From: a virus
DNA length: 64,000 nt
Direction: 5' to 3' (one strand)
Virus record (IMG/VR): IMGVR_UViG_3300025645_000053
Span: 1-64,000 of that record
Below the pieces are notes generated by a model, which saw nothing but the letters and a program-made list of their open reading frames with translations, was not told where the DNA came from and searched no databases. Of this stretch, positions 20,085-29,399 are shown in pieces; the first letter of the stretch is position 1, and each line of letters starts with the position of its first letter. Both the position numbers and the translations under genes were made by a program.

Positions 20085-20617
20085 CGGTGCTTACACTTTG
20101 CTCCGTGATAGCGCGCGTATGTTGCAAGTTGAACACTTTCGCCGCAATGTTCACAATTGATTCTAGGACGGTTCAGCGCGGCTTGAGATTGCAGCTTTTT
20201 AGTTTCGTCTGTAGTGATAGCCCCTAATCTTGATCCGTCCTTATTAGCATACAGTTCTTTCATGGATTTTTTGAATTTGTTAGATCTTTCATCAGTCCAT
20301 TTAGGAAGAGTCATGCCTTTAGTTGGCGTCGGATTTGTTTTCATTCTAGCAGCGACACGTTTTTTAACATGTTCTTTAGTTTGCTTCTTTCCAGTTAAAG
20401 CTGCAGAAACGGCTAGTCTTCTAGCTTCTTCGCCGCTTATTTGGCCTGAAAGAGCTTTATACGCAATTAGGTCTTGCAAACGATTATGCTTTTCGTATAG
20501 AGCAAGGTGGGCAAGAGCGTGTTGTTCTACAGTCAGTTTTATTAAATTTGACTGATCGTCGCTACCGCCAGCATGGCGCGGGATGATGTGATGTTTGTGA
20601 TATATAGTATTAGGCAT
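20081..20617 (-). mobile_element. Free-standing HNH homing endonuclease (Mob-like, NUMOD3-type tail)
   Basis: HHIIPRHAGGSDDQSNLIKLTVEQHALAH; C-terminal CEHC...YHGAKC; minus-strand TATAAATA at 20692-20685. Confidence 0.9.
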
Positions 20618-20715
20618 GTAGCTGCTCCTTACAGTTATTGTGTTTAGGGACAGAGGTTATTGGCGTAACCTCTTGTTCTGATATTATTTATAATAATATG
20701 AATTTCGGATAATGT

Positions 20716-20907
20716 ATAAATATTGTCAGGAAGCGGAAACGTTTCTCTAAATGGGCTAAGCAAGACAAGACCAATTTAGAAATGATTGAAGTGATTAAGA
20801 CGTATTACGGGTATTCAAACGACAAAGCCCGTCAAGTACTATCTCTTCTTAACAATGAACAGTTGAATGAACTACAGCGGAAGGTTGACCATGGTGGAAC
20901 AAAATAA
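20716..20907 (+). pseudogene. Displaced duplicate 3' half of gp62
   Basis: INIVRKRKRFSKWAKQDKTNLEMIEVIKTYYGYSNDKARQV...HGGTK*; 23-nt identity with 19914-19936; overlaps regA start. Confidence 0.9.
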
Positions 20908-21307
20908 ACAAGTAGAGTGGACTCCAAACACAATGTTGGAAATTACACTAAATGAACCCGACGACTTTTTAAAAGTACGCGAAACATTAACACGAATTGG
21001 TGTTGCATCGCAACTTGATAAAAGATTATATCAGTCTTGTCACATATTACATAAACAAGGAAGATACTTCATTGTACACTTTAAAGAATTATTCATTCTT
21101 GATGGCAAAGCATCAAACTTATTTGAGAATGATATTCAACGACGCAACACGATCACAATGCTGTTATCAGATTGGGGATTAATTAATGTTGTAAATCCTG
21201 ATGAGGCAAAAGACACTGCTCATCTAAGACAAATAAAAATCATCTCTTTTAAAGAAAAGGATGAATGGGATTTACAGCCAAAATACAATATTGGAACAAA
21301 ATCCTAA
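20891..21307 (+). CDS. regA: Translational repressor RegA
   Basis: DDFLKVRETLTRIG, LYQSCHILHKQGRYFIVHFKELF. Confidence 0.97.
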   Translation: MVEQNKQVEWTPNTMLEITLNEPDDFLKVRETLTRIGVASQLDKRLYQSCHILHKQGRYFIVHFKELFILDGKASNLFENDIQRRNTITMLLSDWGLINVVNPDEAKDTAHLRQIKIISFKEKDEWDLQPKYNIGTKS

Positions 21308-21312
21308 TACTG

Positions 21313-21445
21313 TATAAATAAAAAGATTGGGGTTACTATAAGGTTTTATGGTAACCCGCAATAACCGCGATGCATCTTTGATGGTCGCACCTTAATAAAA
21401 CGGATGCCGAAAGGATCCACGCACCTTGCTAATTAGGAGGCAAAC
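21313..21445 (+). promoter_or_regulatory. Late promoter and structured hsp20 leader with ROSE-like SD hairpin
   Basis: TATAAATA 21313; three hairpins; CCTTGCT-aatt-AGGAGG pairs the SD. Confidence 0.65.
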
Positions 21446-21901
21446 ATGTCGAACTACGATAAGTATGATTACAGCACACAAAACCCTTTAGAAAAAATCT
21501 TTTACGATTCAGGATTCCCTTCCAATCTTTTTGATACTTTGCTATCAAAAGTAGGTAATACCACAACTTCATTCCCACCTTATGACATTATAAGCGAAAT
21601 AAATGAAGAAGACAAATCGTATCGCGTGATTATTTCTATGGCGTTAGCTGGCTTCGATAAAGATGAAATTAATATCGAGCAAAAGTCGAATATCTTAACA
21701 ATTTCTTCTGAAGGTAAATCGAAGAAGAAAGACGTAAAATACATTCAGAAAGGTATTTCTAAAAGAGCCTTTGAAAATAAATTTAAGCTATCACAATACG
21801 CTGTAATTGCTAATGCAACTATGGAAAATGGTATGCTTGAAGTATTAATTGACTTTGAAATTCCTGAAGAACTGAAAGCAAACAAAATTCAAATTAAATA
21901 A
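21446..21901 (+). CDS. hsp20: Small heat-shock protein Hsp20
   Basis: FPPYDI, ALAGF, KGISKRAF, ENGML, IPEE alpha-crystallin motifs. Confidence 0.92.
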   Translation: MSNYDKYDYSTQNPLEKIFYDSGFPSNLFDTLLSKVGNTTTSFPPYDIISEINEEDKSYRVIISMALAGFDKDEINIEQKSNILTISSEGKSKKKDVKYIQKGISKRAFENKFKLSQYAVIANATMENGMLEVLIDFEIPEELKANKIQIK

Positions 21902-21916
21902 ATTATAGGAGTTATT

Positions 21917-22207
21917 ATGTCAGATAATGTACATGTTTTAAGATTGATCACAGGTGAAGAATTAATTGCAGTAGTTGAGTCCTTTGATGGTACTGTCTAT
22001 AAGATTAATAATGTTGCGGTATTAATACCTACACAAGATAACTCTTTAGGACTAGCTCCCTTTATGGCTTACTGTGAAGATGGTCCCCTTGAATTGCGAG
22101 GGTCAGACGTCATGTTTACACGTACACCAGTCGAAGGTTTGGCAAAACAACACGGTAATATGTTCGGTAAAATAGTAACTCCTTCTAAGAAAATTATATT
22201 GGGTTAA
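21917..22207 (+). CDS. Conserved hypothetical protein (Sm-like)
   Basis: VLRLITGEELIA; C-terminal IVTPSKKIIL. Confidence 0.7.
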   Translation: MSDNVHVLRLITGEELIAVVESFDGTVYKINNVAVLIPTQDNSLGLAPFMAYCEDGPLELRGSDVMFTRTPVEGLAKQHGNMFGKIVTPSKKIILG

Positions 22208-22214
22208 ATTTAAG

Positions 22215-22250
22215 AAAGGGTATCATTTCTATTGACATGATACCCTTTTT
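22215..22250 (+). terminator. Terminator hairpin overlapping the -35 of the gp43A promoter
   Basis: AAAGGGTATCAT...ATGATACCCTTTTT with TTGACA inside and TATAAT downstream. Confidence 0.7.
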
Positions 22251-22290
22251 GTTATATAATAGTATTTGATTTTTACAATGGAGTACCACC

Positions 22291-23286
22291 TTGACTGAAT
22301 TCTATACCTCCGTCGCCCGCTACGGCAATTCGCTTTTATATCGTGGATACAAAGGCAAGCATAAAGTACGCGAAAAGATAAAGTTCAAACCTACCTTATA
22401 CCTCAAAGATAACGAAAGTGAAACAAAAGCACTTGATGGCGTTTCAGTTTCTCCAATGCAATACTCTTCAATGCGCGATGCAAAAGAATTTATTGAGCAA
22501 TACAAAGATGTGCCTAACTTTGAAATATACGGCAATCGTAATTACATAGTTCAATACATTCAAGAAAAGTTCCCTGGTAATATTGCGTTTGATATGGACA
22601 ATGTTAATGTTGCGGCTATTGACATTGAAGTTGTTGCTGATGAGTTTCCACATGCCGAACAGGCACTATATCCTATTGTTTCAATTGCAATGATGTCTAC
22701 TCAAGATAGCATGCGACGTGTATGGGGATTACCTAACTATAAAAATACTCGTGATGATGTAATTTATTATCACTGTAAGAACGAAGCCGAACTGTTAATG
22801 AAGTTCATAACACATTGGTCAAATCCTGAATATACTCCAGATATCGTTACAGGCTGGAATACTCGATTCTTTGATACACCTTATATTATCAATCGACTTG
22901 CTAAAACTTTAGGTATTGAATTTGCCAAAAAGTATTCTCCATGGGGTTTGATAAATGAACGCATGGTTACGGTTAACGGTCAAAAGCAACAGAGCTACGA
23001 AGTAACAGGATTGCCTGAACTTGATTACATGGAGTTATTTAAGAAGTTTACTATTAATACATTAGGCGCTCAAGAATCATATAAACTTGATCATATTGCA
23101 AACGTTGTGCTTGGCGATCGGAAATTGTCATACGAAGAAAACACACAGATGTATGCTTTACTACGCGACGCCGAAGGCTGTAACCCTGACGAGAAACTGA
23201 CCAAGCTAGAAGACATGGACGAGTTACAACGCACGTGTCTTCTTCGTGATCGTGTACGCGCCTTACGCTTGTCTCGAGGGGTTTAG
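22291..23286 (+). CDS. 43: DNA polymerase gp43 subunit A (N-terminal domain, Exo I/II)
   Basis: DIE (Exo I), GWNTRFFD (Exo II), ESYKLDHIA; ends in a non-homologous helical tail. Confidence 0.93.
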   Translation: MTEFYTSVARYGNSLLYRGYKGKHKVREKIKFKPTLYLKDNESETKALDGVSVSPMQYSSMRDAKEFIEQYKDVPNFEIYGNRNYIVQYIQEKFPGNIAFDMDNVNVAAIDIEVVADEFPHAEQALYPIVSIAMMSTQDSMRRVWGLPNYKNTRDDVIYYHCKNEAELLMKFITHWSNPEYTPDIVTGWNTRFFDTPYIINRLAKTLGIEFAKKYSPWGLINERMVTVNGQKQQSYEVTGLPELDYMELFKKFTINTLGAQESYKLDHIANVVLGDRKLSYEENTQMYALLRDAEGCNPDEKLTKLEDMDELQRTCLLRDRVRALRLSRGV

Positions 23287-23976
23287 TTTGCAATTATCAT
23301 CATGCCAGCGCTTTAAGTTAGAATATGTGGTTACTACATTACAGTGTTGACATTTTCGAGTTTTATGATTTATTTTCCCACGGGCGATTTCATCACTAAA
23401 TTGGCCAAGGCTGTCGATATAAATGCCCCACCCTTTTGCCGACATCTTGACTGCGCCTTTATACGCTCTTATAAGCGAATTAATATCGTGTTGGCTAATC
23501 ACGTCGGCATGCTTGGTATGGAAGTCCATACGGGTCCCTTTAAAGACGGTTGTACTGTTTTTAAACGTGTATGTGTGATCGTCATAGTTGGGATTAGCCT
23601 TTCCGCTAGAGCGTATAGAACACGCTTCTATAAACCGGCGTTTATGCGCTTCATAAATAGTTGATGAGAATTTTAGACCTAGCCGTTGGGTATATCCAAA
23701 GTGAAAAAACGTATGAAGCGCGAATGTCATTTTACATGTGTCTTTGCCAATAGTGAATTTAGTTAATAGCAAATGGGCGATATAATGCTCTCTAAATGTA
23801 TATGGGAGCATTATTGTTCCACCAAAACTGTGGGGTAGCACATGATGATTTTCATGCTCAGCCGACGTATAAGTACGTTGTTCACTGACTATTTTATTTG
23901 CTAATGCTAAATACGCCCGATAATACTTGTTGCATTTAAAGTTATTATAATTTAAAAATTCGTTTACCATTGACAT
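23263..23976 (-). mobile_element. Free-standing HNH homing endonuclease between gp43A and gp43B
   Basis: HENHHVLPHSFGG, FREHYIAHLLL, C-terminal CQHC...RWHDDNC. Confidence 0.88.
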
Positions 23977-24025
23977 TACATCTCTATTAGTTTATAATAC
24001 TATATATAACATTAAGGATCTTACT

Positions 24026-24715
24026 ATGAACATTGATTATTTACTTAGCTCTAATCTAGATAATTTATCTGACGATGAATTGATTGCCTTAGATGCTGAG
24101 CTTACGGCAGAAGCTAATCTGCTCGCCGGATACAAAGGAATTGATTATAATATAGTCGATATTGAGTTAATTCTTCGCATGGATGATAAACTTCAATTGA
24201 TTGGTCTGGCTGCGACGATGGCTTATAGCGCTGGTGTTAATTACGGTGATACATTAGGCACAACTGCTATTTGGGATGCTATCATCTATCGTGATTTGTG
24301 TTCTCGTAACATGGCTGTACCACCTAACAAGCATAAGTTCAAAGATGCGTTTGAAGGCGGCTGGGTTAAAGCTCCTAAGGTTGGTCTACATAATTGGGTA
24401 GTATCATTCGATTTGGCATCGCTTTATCCCCACTTAATAATGCAAGCAAACATATCTCCAGAAACCTTAGTTGAAGGCGATCGTATAGACGGTCTTACAG
24501 TTAATAACTTGTTGGAACGTAAAAGCTTTGAGGTACCAGACGGTCGAGCGTTATGTCCTAATGGAGTTATGTTTGATACCGAAAAGCAAGGTGTCATTCC
24601 TGCGCTAATCAAAACCAAGTATGCCGCTCGTAAACGTATCAAAAAAGAAATGCTTTCAGCGCAACAAGAATTGGTTAACGTCGAGGAGGAAATGAAACGT
24701 CGAGGTATCACTTAA
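24026..24715 (+). CDS. 43: DNA polymerase gp43 subunit B (Exo III, palm motif A, first fingers helix)
   Basis: DYNIVD (Exo III), SFDLASLYP (motif A), NISPET; own TTGACA/TATAAT promoter and SD. Confidence 0.93.
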   Translation: MNIDYLLSSNLDNLSDDELIALDAELTAEANLLAGYKGIDYNIVDIELILRMDDKLQLIGLAATMAYSAGVNYGDTLGTTAIWDAIIYRDLCSRNMAVPPNKHKFKDAFEGGWVKAPKVGLHNWVVSFDLASLYPHLIMQANISPETLVEGDRIDGLTVNNLLERKSFEVPDGRALCPNGVMFDTEKQGVIPALIKTKYAARKRIKKEMLSAQQELVNVEEEMKRRGIT

Positions 24716-24870
24716 TGATACTTCACTTTGACTCATTGTCTAATAGCGATTTCACGGAGTATTTACGCAAAGCAAACGCTTTACATCGGCTTGGTCACTT
24801 TCGACATTTAACACCGCGTGAGTTAGCAAAACATATTTATGATACTGAAATGAAAAATAAATGCGAATAA
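24715..24870 (+). CDS. Small hypothetical protein (51 aa) inside the gp43 locus
   Basis: MILHFDSLSNSDF...KNKCE; TAATG overlap with the gp43B stop. Confidence 0.5.
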   Translation: MILHFDSLSNSDFTEYLRKANALHRLGHFRHLTPRELAKHIYDTEMKNKCE

Positions 24871-24967
24871 CTGCAGTATTAAGAATGTGATATGTATAAA
24901 TAATAATGAACAGAGTGGTATTGGTAGTACCACTCCATCCTCAGACATAACCAACAGGAAATTACTC

Positions 24968-25711
24968 ATGTCCATTACTATTTATCAACACCAGTTAGAC
25001 ACTCATTTAGAAACTGTAATATCATCATTAAAAGCAGGCGAGTCATTACTTCAGCTATGCAAGAAATACAGCATAAACTATCATGCCTTTCGTAAAGTGA
25101 TAAAGCGTGATTATCCAACGTTGTTGTCAATGAAAAAGTCAAAACAAATGCGTGAAAGAATGTCTGCTTCAACTCGGAAGTTCTCACCTGACGAAGAGCA
25201 ACATATAATTGAACGCTACATGGCCGGCGAAAGCGCATATCAGATTCTTAAAGACTATGATGTTGTAGTCAATGTTATATACAGCATTCTAAAAAGAAAC
25301 AACATTCCTAAGAATAACCAGTCCAGTTATTGGACTGATGAAATGCGAGAAAAGCAACGGCAGTTGTGCTATGATGGTATTGTTGGCATACATGCTCAAG
25401 GTGATGGTGCATATCGTTTCACTAAACCTGAGAGAGACTTTGCTAAATGGTGTGAAGATAACACCATTGCATACGAAAGACAATTCCAAATAACAAAAGG
25501 CACTCACCGTTATGATTTCATTATAAGCGATACTAATATCTTAGTAGAAATTGATGGTGAATATTGGCATAGCACACCAGAACAAACCGCAAAGGACCGT
25601 TCGTTTGAGGAATATGCAATTGACAACGGTTACGCCGTTATTCGCTTTACTGATAAAGAAATGCGTAAAACAAAAAATAATTGTTTACAAGCACTTAAAA
25701 GTTTGATATAA
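24968..25711 (+). mobile_element. Free-standing Vsr/DUF559-type homing endonuclease with N-terminal HTH repeats
   Basis: TKPE, YDF, VEIDGEYWH, GYAVIRF; late promoter TATAAATA at 24895. Confidence 0.85.
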
Positions 25712-25739
25712 TAGAACATTACAATATGAGGAATACACT

Positions 25740-27092
25740 ATGGATTTAAAAACACTAAGCGACGATGAGCTGCGAGCTTTACATTATGAATACAGTAAAA
25801 AGTATTCAACGCTTGACAACCAACAAATGAGTATCAAAATCCTAAACTTATTGGGCCTCTAATCAGGAATGATTAGATGAGAATCGGGTGAACTCAGGGA
25901 AGGCTTTAATATGCTAATCCTGAGCCAAGACCTTTATTATGTAAAGGTAAGGTGCAACGACTATCCGAAAGGAGTAGAGATCAAGTGGTCTCGAAGCGCC
26001 CGACAGCCAGACCGGCTGATGATATAGTCTGATCTTATACGAAAGTATAAGCTGGGTTCGTCCCGGGATATGATTAACGCTCGTATCCGAACATCATGAA
26101 TGAACAGTTTGTATGGTGCGATGGGTTCAGCTTACTTCAGATATTTTGATTTGCGAATGGCTGAAGGCATTACATTGTATGGTCAGTTATCAATTCGTTG
26201 GGCTGAGAAATCGTTTAACAACTTCATTAATAAAATCATGGGTACTACCAAATGTGATTATGTTATTGCTGCTGATACTGATTCTAATTATTTAGATTTT
26301 GGCCCACTTGTCGAAAAACTCGGATTAGCAAAAACTAATGATACTAAAGGTATTGTTGATATTATCGACAAAATGTGCAGCGATCAGTTTGAACCAATGA
26401 TTGCTAAATGTTATGACGATCTTGCTAAATACATGCATGCCTATCAGAACAAAATGGTTATGGAACGTGAAGTAATTGCTGATCTTGGTATATGGACTGC
26501 AAAGAAACGTTATATACTAAATGTACATAACTCTGAAGGTGTATCATTTAAAGAACCTAAACTAAAGATCATGGGTATCGAAGCAATTAAATCTTCAACA
26601 CCAGCAATATGTCGTGATGCTTTAAAGAATATCTTCAAGGTTATAATGACTGGTTCTGAGCTTAAAACCCGTAAGGCTATTACTGACTTTCAAGAGTTCT
26701 TTCATGCTCAGCCGCCTGAAGCAGTATCGTTTCCACGTGGAGTTTCTGATATTGTTAAATGGCGCGATGGTGACGGATATAAGTCAAGATGTCCTATACA
26801 TGTACGCGGCGCTATAATGTATAATGTTGGTATTGAGCAGAAGAAACTTAAAAAGTATACTGCAGTTCGTAATGGCGACAAAGTTAAGTTCTGTTACCTT
26901 AAGTTGCCTAATCCCATCAAGGAAAATGTTATTTCGTTTCCTGATTATTTACCGCCTGAGTTAAATTTGAATGCGTATGTTGATTATGATAAGCAATTCA
27001 GTAAAACCTTTATAGATCCAATTGAACCTGTACTTAAGGCTATCGGTTGGTCAGTTGAAGAGCAGTCGAGTTTGGAGGATTTCTTCGGTTAA
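25740..27092 (+). CDS. 43: DNA polymerase gp43 subunit C; spliced join(25740..25843,26099..27092), 365 aa
   Basis: Splicing restores QMSIKIL-MNSLYG (motif B); ADTDS motif C, KKRY, C-terminal clamp-binding SLEDFF. Confidence 0.92.
25844..26098 (+). mobile_element. ORF-less group I intron (255 nt, IA-like with P7.1/P7.2)
   Basis: P1 CCU|AA/UUGGG with U-G at the splice site; P3 UCGGGUG/CGCCCGA; P4 CUCAGG/CCUGAG; P7 GACUA/UAGUC; P9 GAAA hairpin; terminal G 26098. Confidence 0.93.
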
Positions 27093-27196
27093 GGTATATC
27101 CATATATCAAACAGTTCTATAAAAAACTATATACATTAGTCGAACTGTTTGATATAATAGTACCATAAATTGATAACAACCTAACGGAAATACATT

Positions 27197-27415
27197 ATGA
27201 CTATACTTGCTAAAGCTCAAAGCCCAAAAATCGAAATAAACCTAGACGGTCCTGACGGCAATGCTTATTGTCTATTAAGCTGCGCTAGATACTTATGTCA
27301 GAAATACGCTCTTGACTATGATGCAATACACGCTGAATTAACTGCTGGCGACTACGAAGATCTTATTCAAACTTTCGATAAACATTTTGGTAATTATGTG
27401 AATTTATATAGATAA
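27197..27415 (+). CDS. Early hypothetical protein
   Basis: INLDGPDGNAY...GDYEDL..FDKHFG; behind a promoter cassette. Confidence 0.75.
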   Translation: MTILAKAQSPKIEINLDGPDGNAYCLLSCARYLCQKYALDYDAIHAELTAGDYEDLIQTFDKHFGNYVNLYR

Positions 27416-27485
27416 AGTTGTTGACAAGTCAAACCAAAATTGATATAATAGATCTACAAATTGAGTTAAGGAATAAAAATACATT

Positions 27486-27905
27486 ATGGCATTTATCACT
27501 ACTATCGTTACCGAAGATCTTATCGAAAAAACCAAAACATACATCACTGATGTCGTTAACCCACTAGTTGCTTTAGGCAATCATGAAGAAGCAGTTGTAA
27601 CAAAATCATTCTTCGGATTGTTTACTACCACTAAAATGATATCACCATATGCTGAAGACGTAGAGTTTATCATTGAAGATAACGATCTTATTGGCATATT
27701 GTCTTACACTGATCTTGATGAATCTTATACTGTGTATTTTCGAAGCGATGCGCTTGAATTAATCAGAACTATTGCTTCATTTCAAGGCAAAGGTACAATC
27801 GGTTTAAGCGATAAAGAATTCGCGACTTTCAATAGATTCAAGAATACTGACGTTGATTTGTTAGTTCTTGAAGTACAAAACCTTAAGGATTCAATAAATG
27901 CTTAA
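27486..27905 (+). CDS. Early hypothetical protein
   Basis: ORF behind a promoter cassette. Confidence 0.7.
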   Translation: MAFITTIVTEDLIEKTKTYITDVVNPLVALGNHEEAVVTKSFFGLFTTTKMISPYAEDVEFIIEDNDLIGILSYTDLDESYTVYFRSDALELIRTIASFQGKGTIGLSDKEFATFNRFKNTDVDLLVLEVQNLKDSINA

Positions 27906-29223
27906 TCTTGATAATGTAGTTAAAACCATAAAGGCTCTTGAGTCGACAACAAAGCGTCTTGAAAAAGAAGCGATATTGACAAAGGTTTTGTCTTCGACTG
28001 AGCCTTGGGCTGAAGTATTCATTGACGGTTTTAAAGCTGCGCTTGATACATATACGACATATGGTGTCAAAAAGCTGCCTTATGGTAAAGACGGTAAAAG
28101 TTGCGAAAGCACTTATTCTCGGTTTTGTGCTGTTGCTCGCAATCTGAAAAATCGTGAATTGACTGGTCATAATGCACTTGACGCGCTTGATGTATTTGCT
28201 AATACTCAATGCTCAGAATATCATTGGGTCGGTTTCTTTAGACGGATTCTTTCACGTGACATGCGCTGCGGAGTCAATGTATCGACATGGAATAACGTTG
28301 CAAAGAAAGCTAATAAAGATGCTATGATTCCAGTATTTAGTTGTCAACTTGCAAAGGACGGCGCTAAAGAAAAAGCTATCACTGGTACTAAACTTGTTGA
28401 AGTAAAACTTGATGGTGTACGTGTTATCACTATTGTTCGCCCGGATAGAACAGAAATGTATAGTCGGAACGGAAAACGTCTTGATAACTTTGTTAAGGTT
28501 CGCGAATGGTTTGAAGCAAAGGTTGCTCCACATATTGCTGAAGCAATGGTATTTGATGGCGAAATTATGTCAAGTTCATTCAATGATTTAATGACTCAAG
28601 TACGTCGTAAGTCTGATGTTCAAACTGATGATGCAGTTCTTCATGTATTCGATTGTTTACCGCTTGAAGACTTCAAAACTGGTTTTTATCCCAGGAGTAA
28701 TATTGTTCGTAAAGAAACACTGACCACTTATGCTGATTTCTTTAACGATAGAATTATTCGTGCTTGCTCTCATAAAGTTGTCGACTTCGATACTGAAGAA
28801 GGACTTGCATCATTCAAACAATTGAATAAAGAAGCGATTGATGGCGGATACGAAGGTCTAATGTTAAAAGATCCTCAATCTCCATATACATGCAAACGTA
28901 ATAAAGATTGGTTGAAGATTAAACCATTCATTGAAGTTACGCTTAAAGTTATTGCAATCGAAGAAGGTACTGGAAAGTACGTTGGTTCAACAGGAGCATT
29001 GGTTTGTGAAGGAGTTGACGATGGCGTAGCGATTACTGTAAACGTTGGTTCAGGATTAACTGATGAAATGCGTAAAGACATATGGGCTGACCAATCAAAA
29101 GTCATTGGTCAACTTGTCGAAATAAAAGCAGACGCTGTGTCTCAAAACAGTAATGGAACAAATAGTTTACGGTTCCCACGGTTTAAAACCTTCCGTGGAT
29201 TTGACATTAACGAGAAACTTTGA
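27898..29223 (+). CDS. 30: ATP-dependent DNA ligase gp30
   Basis: KLDGVR, FDGE, YEGLMLK, WLKIK, SLRFPRF. Confidence 0.95.
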   Translation: MLNLDNVVKTIKALESTTKRLEKEAILTKVLSSTEPWAEVFIDGFKAALDTYTTYGVKKLPYGKDGKSCESTYSRFCAVARNLKNRELTGHNALDALDVFANTQCSEYHWVGFFRRILSRDMRCGVNVSTWNNVAKKANKDAMIPVFSCQLAKDGAKEKAITGTKLVEVKLDGVRVITIVRPDRTEMYSRNGKRLDNFVKVREWFEAKVAPHIAEAMVFDGEIMSSSFNDLMTQVRRKSDVQTDDAVLHVFDCLPLEDFKTGFYPRSNIVRKETLTTYADFFNDRIIRACSHKVVDFDTEEGLASFKQLNKEAIDGGYEGLMLKDPQSPYTCKRNKDWLKIKPFIEVTLKVIAIEEGTGKYVGSTGALVCEGVDDGVAITVNVGSGLTDEMRKDIWADQSKVIGQLVEIKADAVSQNSNGTNSLRFPRFKTFRGFDINEKL

Positions 29224-29257
29224 TATAATAGATCTACAATAAACTGGAGAAGTAAAT

Positions 29258-29395
29258 ATGAGTGAAAGTAACAAGAAAGTAAGAAACTGGCAGGCAGATC
29301 CTCAGGCAGCATATGAGTATGTTTTCAATACTCACTTTTGGGGTGACCGTAATAACGCAGGCGACAATTACAAGCCTAAACCTAAAAAAGCTTAA
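29258..29395 (+). CDS. Small hypothetical protein (45 aa)
   Basis: GGAG SD, promoter upstream, MSESNKKVRNW... Confidence 0.55.
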   Translation: MSESNKKVRNWQADPQAAYEYVFNTHFWGDRNNAGDNYKPKPKKA

Positions 29396-29399
29396 GAGA

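Noticed and set aside
23287-24025. Group I intron or intein joining gp43A and gp43B
   Set aside because: No P3/P4/P7 core or intein blocks are visible. The gap is filled by an antisense HNH gene, and gp43B has its own promoter and SD.
22291-27092. gp43 as a decayed pseudogene or sequencing frameshifts
   Set aside because: All catalytic motifs are intact, breaks coincide with complete inserted genes, and each piece has expression signals.
26100-27092. Stand-alone ORF starting at MNSLYG
   Set aside because: It lacks the motif B lysine and an SD; it is exon 2 of the spliced gene starting at 25740.
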